DNA from: Obrimoposthia wandeli
Lineage: Eukaryota
DNA length: 64,000 bases
Direction of reading: 5' to 3'
Assembly (NCBI GenBank): GCA_977020255.1
Contig: CDROCS010002735.1
Span: 62,001 to 126,000 of the forward strand
Under the pieces are notes generated by a model that was not told the origin of the DNA, searched no databases, and worked only from the letters and a program-made list of their open reading frames with translations. Position numbers and translations under genes: made by a program. Position 1 is the first letter of the stretch, and each line of letters starts with the position of its first letter. Below, piece by piece: positions 61,963 through 64,000 of this stretch.

Positions 61963-63387
61963 ATGAACGAAGAAAGAGAACAATTTGGATCGCGGTTAGG
62001 TTTTATTCTAGCCGCTGCAGGTAGTGCAGTTGGTATTGGTAATTTAGTTGGATTTCCCGTTAATGCTGCTAAAAATGGCGGTGGCGCATTCTTAGTTGTG
62101 TACGCTTTATTTGTTATCGCCCTTTGCTTACCGGTAATGATTGCTGAGTTAGCTATGGGGCGCAGCACCCAAAAAGGCCCTGTGGGGGCATTCAATCAAT
62201 TAGCAAAACGCAATATCATTTGGCGCGTAGCAGGCTTCTTGGGCATGCTAACACCCTTTATGATTGCCGTTTTTTACACCGTGATTAGTGTGTGGATTTT
62301 AGGCTATCTTTTCATGGCTGCTACTGGTGATTTAGCCTTTCTAGCAGCCGATGGCACTTTTGGTAGTTATATCAGCAGCAGTCATATTTTTTCAGCGATG
62401 TTCGGTGTAATAGTAATTATCTACTTAATTTTAAAAGTAGGTGTACAAGATGGTATTGAGAAAATCTCTAAAATACTAATGCCCGCATTATTCTTCATGT
62501 TGATCGGCTTAGTCATTTTCGTTTTGACGCTAGATAACGCTGCAGCGGGGATTGAATTTTACCTCGTGCCTGATTTCTCAAAGATTACTGCTTCAGTCAT
62601 CAACGGTGCGCTATCACAAGCTTTCTTCTCACTCTCTTTGGGTATGGGGATATTAGTCACTTACGGCTCGTATCTAACACGTCGCACTAATATAGTCGGT
62701 TCTGCGAAGATGATTGCTCTGGCGGATACCGCTGTTGCTTTTATTGCCGGCTTAATGGTGATGCCAGCAATTTTCTCTTTTAATCCCGAAGTTGACCCAA
62801 ATGAGCTAAGTAACTCTTCGGTCGGGTTAATTTTTGTTTTGCTACCTAAAATATTTCTGGCGCTACAAAGTTCAATAGGCTTTATCGGTGCTAGTTCTGT
62901 CGCGACCTTATTCTTCTTATTAGTCTTTTTTGCGGCGATCACTTCACTGGTCTCTATCATTGAAGTACCAGTAGCCTACTTGATGGATGAAAAGCAACAA
63001 AGTCGTAAAAAGGCGCTATCCACTATTGGTATTTTTGGTGGATCGCTAATGGTATTAGTCAGTTTATCAATGGGCATGGTTAGCTTTTTAAGTGAAATGG
63101 TCAGCTACGGCAGTGGCGTTAAATCACTGTTTGATATCATCGTCGATATTTTCTACGATACCATTTTGCCATTAAACGGCTTACTGCTCTGTTTATTCGT
63201 TAGCTATCGTTGGAAGAAGCAAGCATTCAACCAAGAGCTGAGTATCGGAAATGAAGGTTTTGAGGGCTCACTAATGCAAAAATATCTCAATCTTTCACTC
63301 GGTACATTTATCCCTGTGGTGTTGTTGCTTATTTTCTTAAATACGCTTGCGGATAAATTCTTTGCATATTCACTGTTTGGGTTTTAA
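61963..63387 (+). CDS. Sodium-dependent transporter (NSS/SNF family)
   Basis: LAAAGSAVGIGNL..FP, NGGGAF, AFFSLSLG and AAITS..SIIE motifs. Confidence 0.93.
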   Translation: MNEEREQFGSRLGFILAAAGSAVGIGNLVGFPVNAAKNGGGAFLVVYALFVIALCLPVMIAELAMGRSTQKGPVGAFNQLAKRNIIWRVAGFLGMLTPFMIAVFYTVISVWILGYLFMAATGDLAFLAADGTFGSYISSSHIFSAMFGVIVIIYLILKVGVQDGIEKISKILMPALFFMLIGLVIFVLTLDNAAAGIEFYLVPDFSKITASVINGALSQAFFSLSLGMGILVTYGSYLTRRTNIVGSAKMIALADTAVAFIAGLMVMPAIFSFNPEVDPNELSNSSVGLIFVLLPKIFLALQSSIGFIGASSVATLFFLLVFFAAITSLVSIIEVPVAYLMDEKQQSRKKALSTIGIFGGSLMVLVSLSMGMVSFLSEMVSYGSGVKSLFDIIVDIFYDTILPLNGLLLCLFVSYRWKKQAFNQELSIGNEGFEGSLMQKYLNLSLGTFIPVVLLLIFLNTLADKFFAYSLFGF

Positions 63388-63397
63388 GTAGCTTTTT

Positions 63398-63435
63398 TAC
63401 CTTAAAAAGGCTGCCGTCACAGCCTTTTTAAGGTA
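63398..63435. terminator. Bidirectional terminator hairpin
   Basis: Perfect 16-bp arms TACCTTAAAAAGGCTG-N6-CAGCCTTTTTAAGGTA. Confidence 0.85.
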
Positions 63436-64000
63436 ATTATTTTGCAAGTCACTTTGAAAAAAACATACATACTTTGCACCCCGTATCGTTGCAGTTTTAC
63501 AATTTTGATATGATTGAATTCGTTAAAGATAATCGATTAGCGGATGACTATTGCAATAGTACAAAATAGCGACCAACACTCAATAGCCTTTGGACACTCA
63601 ACGCAAGCTTAGTAATGCAAAAATATTGATTGCCGCATAAGCCAGATTATTACTTCGCCTCTACAAGTTTACATTTTTATTGATGAACCAACTGATCCAA
63701 ACAAAACCACTTTTTAGCAGTGAATACTTAAACGATTAAGCTGCCTCACCTTTTAAGCTGCATAGCTAAAAAATGTAAATGCTTAGAACGTGCAGAAAGT
63801 CAAAATGCCTGCCACAGAGATTGCCGCTGACTCAAAGGTTGTCGACATTGCCTCATTTAAGGCAAATCATTAATGCCTATATCACAAATCACACCTTCAG
63901 CTAACCCGCTTATAACTCAGTAAATCGGTTCAATGATGTTCCTGAAAATTCAGATGCAAACTTGCGATCTATCGCTCGTGAACTTTGCGATATTCTATGA

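Noticed and set aside
3313-62960. Many short ORFs antisense to, or nested in, well-supported genes (e.g. 3662..3853, 21785..22093, 29951..30256, 39824..40153, 62661..62960)
   Set aside because: Shadow ORFs with no motifs, overlapping strongly supported CDSs
1-64000. CRISPR array, integron attC array, tRNA/rRNA, matS sites, purine or c-di-GMP riboswitches
   Set aside because: No repeat-spacer periodicity or consensus motifs found by eye; covariance-model searches would be needed to exclude weak RNA elements

Overview
AT-rich chromosomal window, probably from a marine gammaproteobacterium (Alteromonadales/Vibrionales-like; inferred from the acnB, rluE, ybaK and fadL gene set). It holds about 50 protein genes. 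Metabolic and transport modules: a beta-oxidation cluster with FadL, a cobalamin-riboswitch ABC importer, a sigma54/EBP-linked acyl-CoA ligase, acnB, TRAP and nucleoside ABC transporters, and cytosine deaminase. No tRNA, rRNA or CRISPR array was seen. Strongest non-routine signals: (1) a XerC/XerD dif-like site at 9425-9452, suggesting the terminus region. (2) About 7 kb away, an intact tyrosine recombinase preceded by a perfect 16-bp inverted repeat and a decayed Xis/MerR-like ORF, next to a lysR gene bracketed by 34-bp direct repeats. (3) A 5'-nucleotidase-fold periplasmic protein that has lost most metal ligands but kept its substrate-binding domain and overlaps a membrane diguanylate cyclase, a candidate nucleotide-sensing c-di-GMP system. 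(4) A Rho paralog lacking its primary RNA-binding domain, in tandem with a DEDDy exonuclease. Two MITE-like repeat families are also present. All calls come from reading the sequence and motifs by eye; no database search was run.
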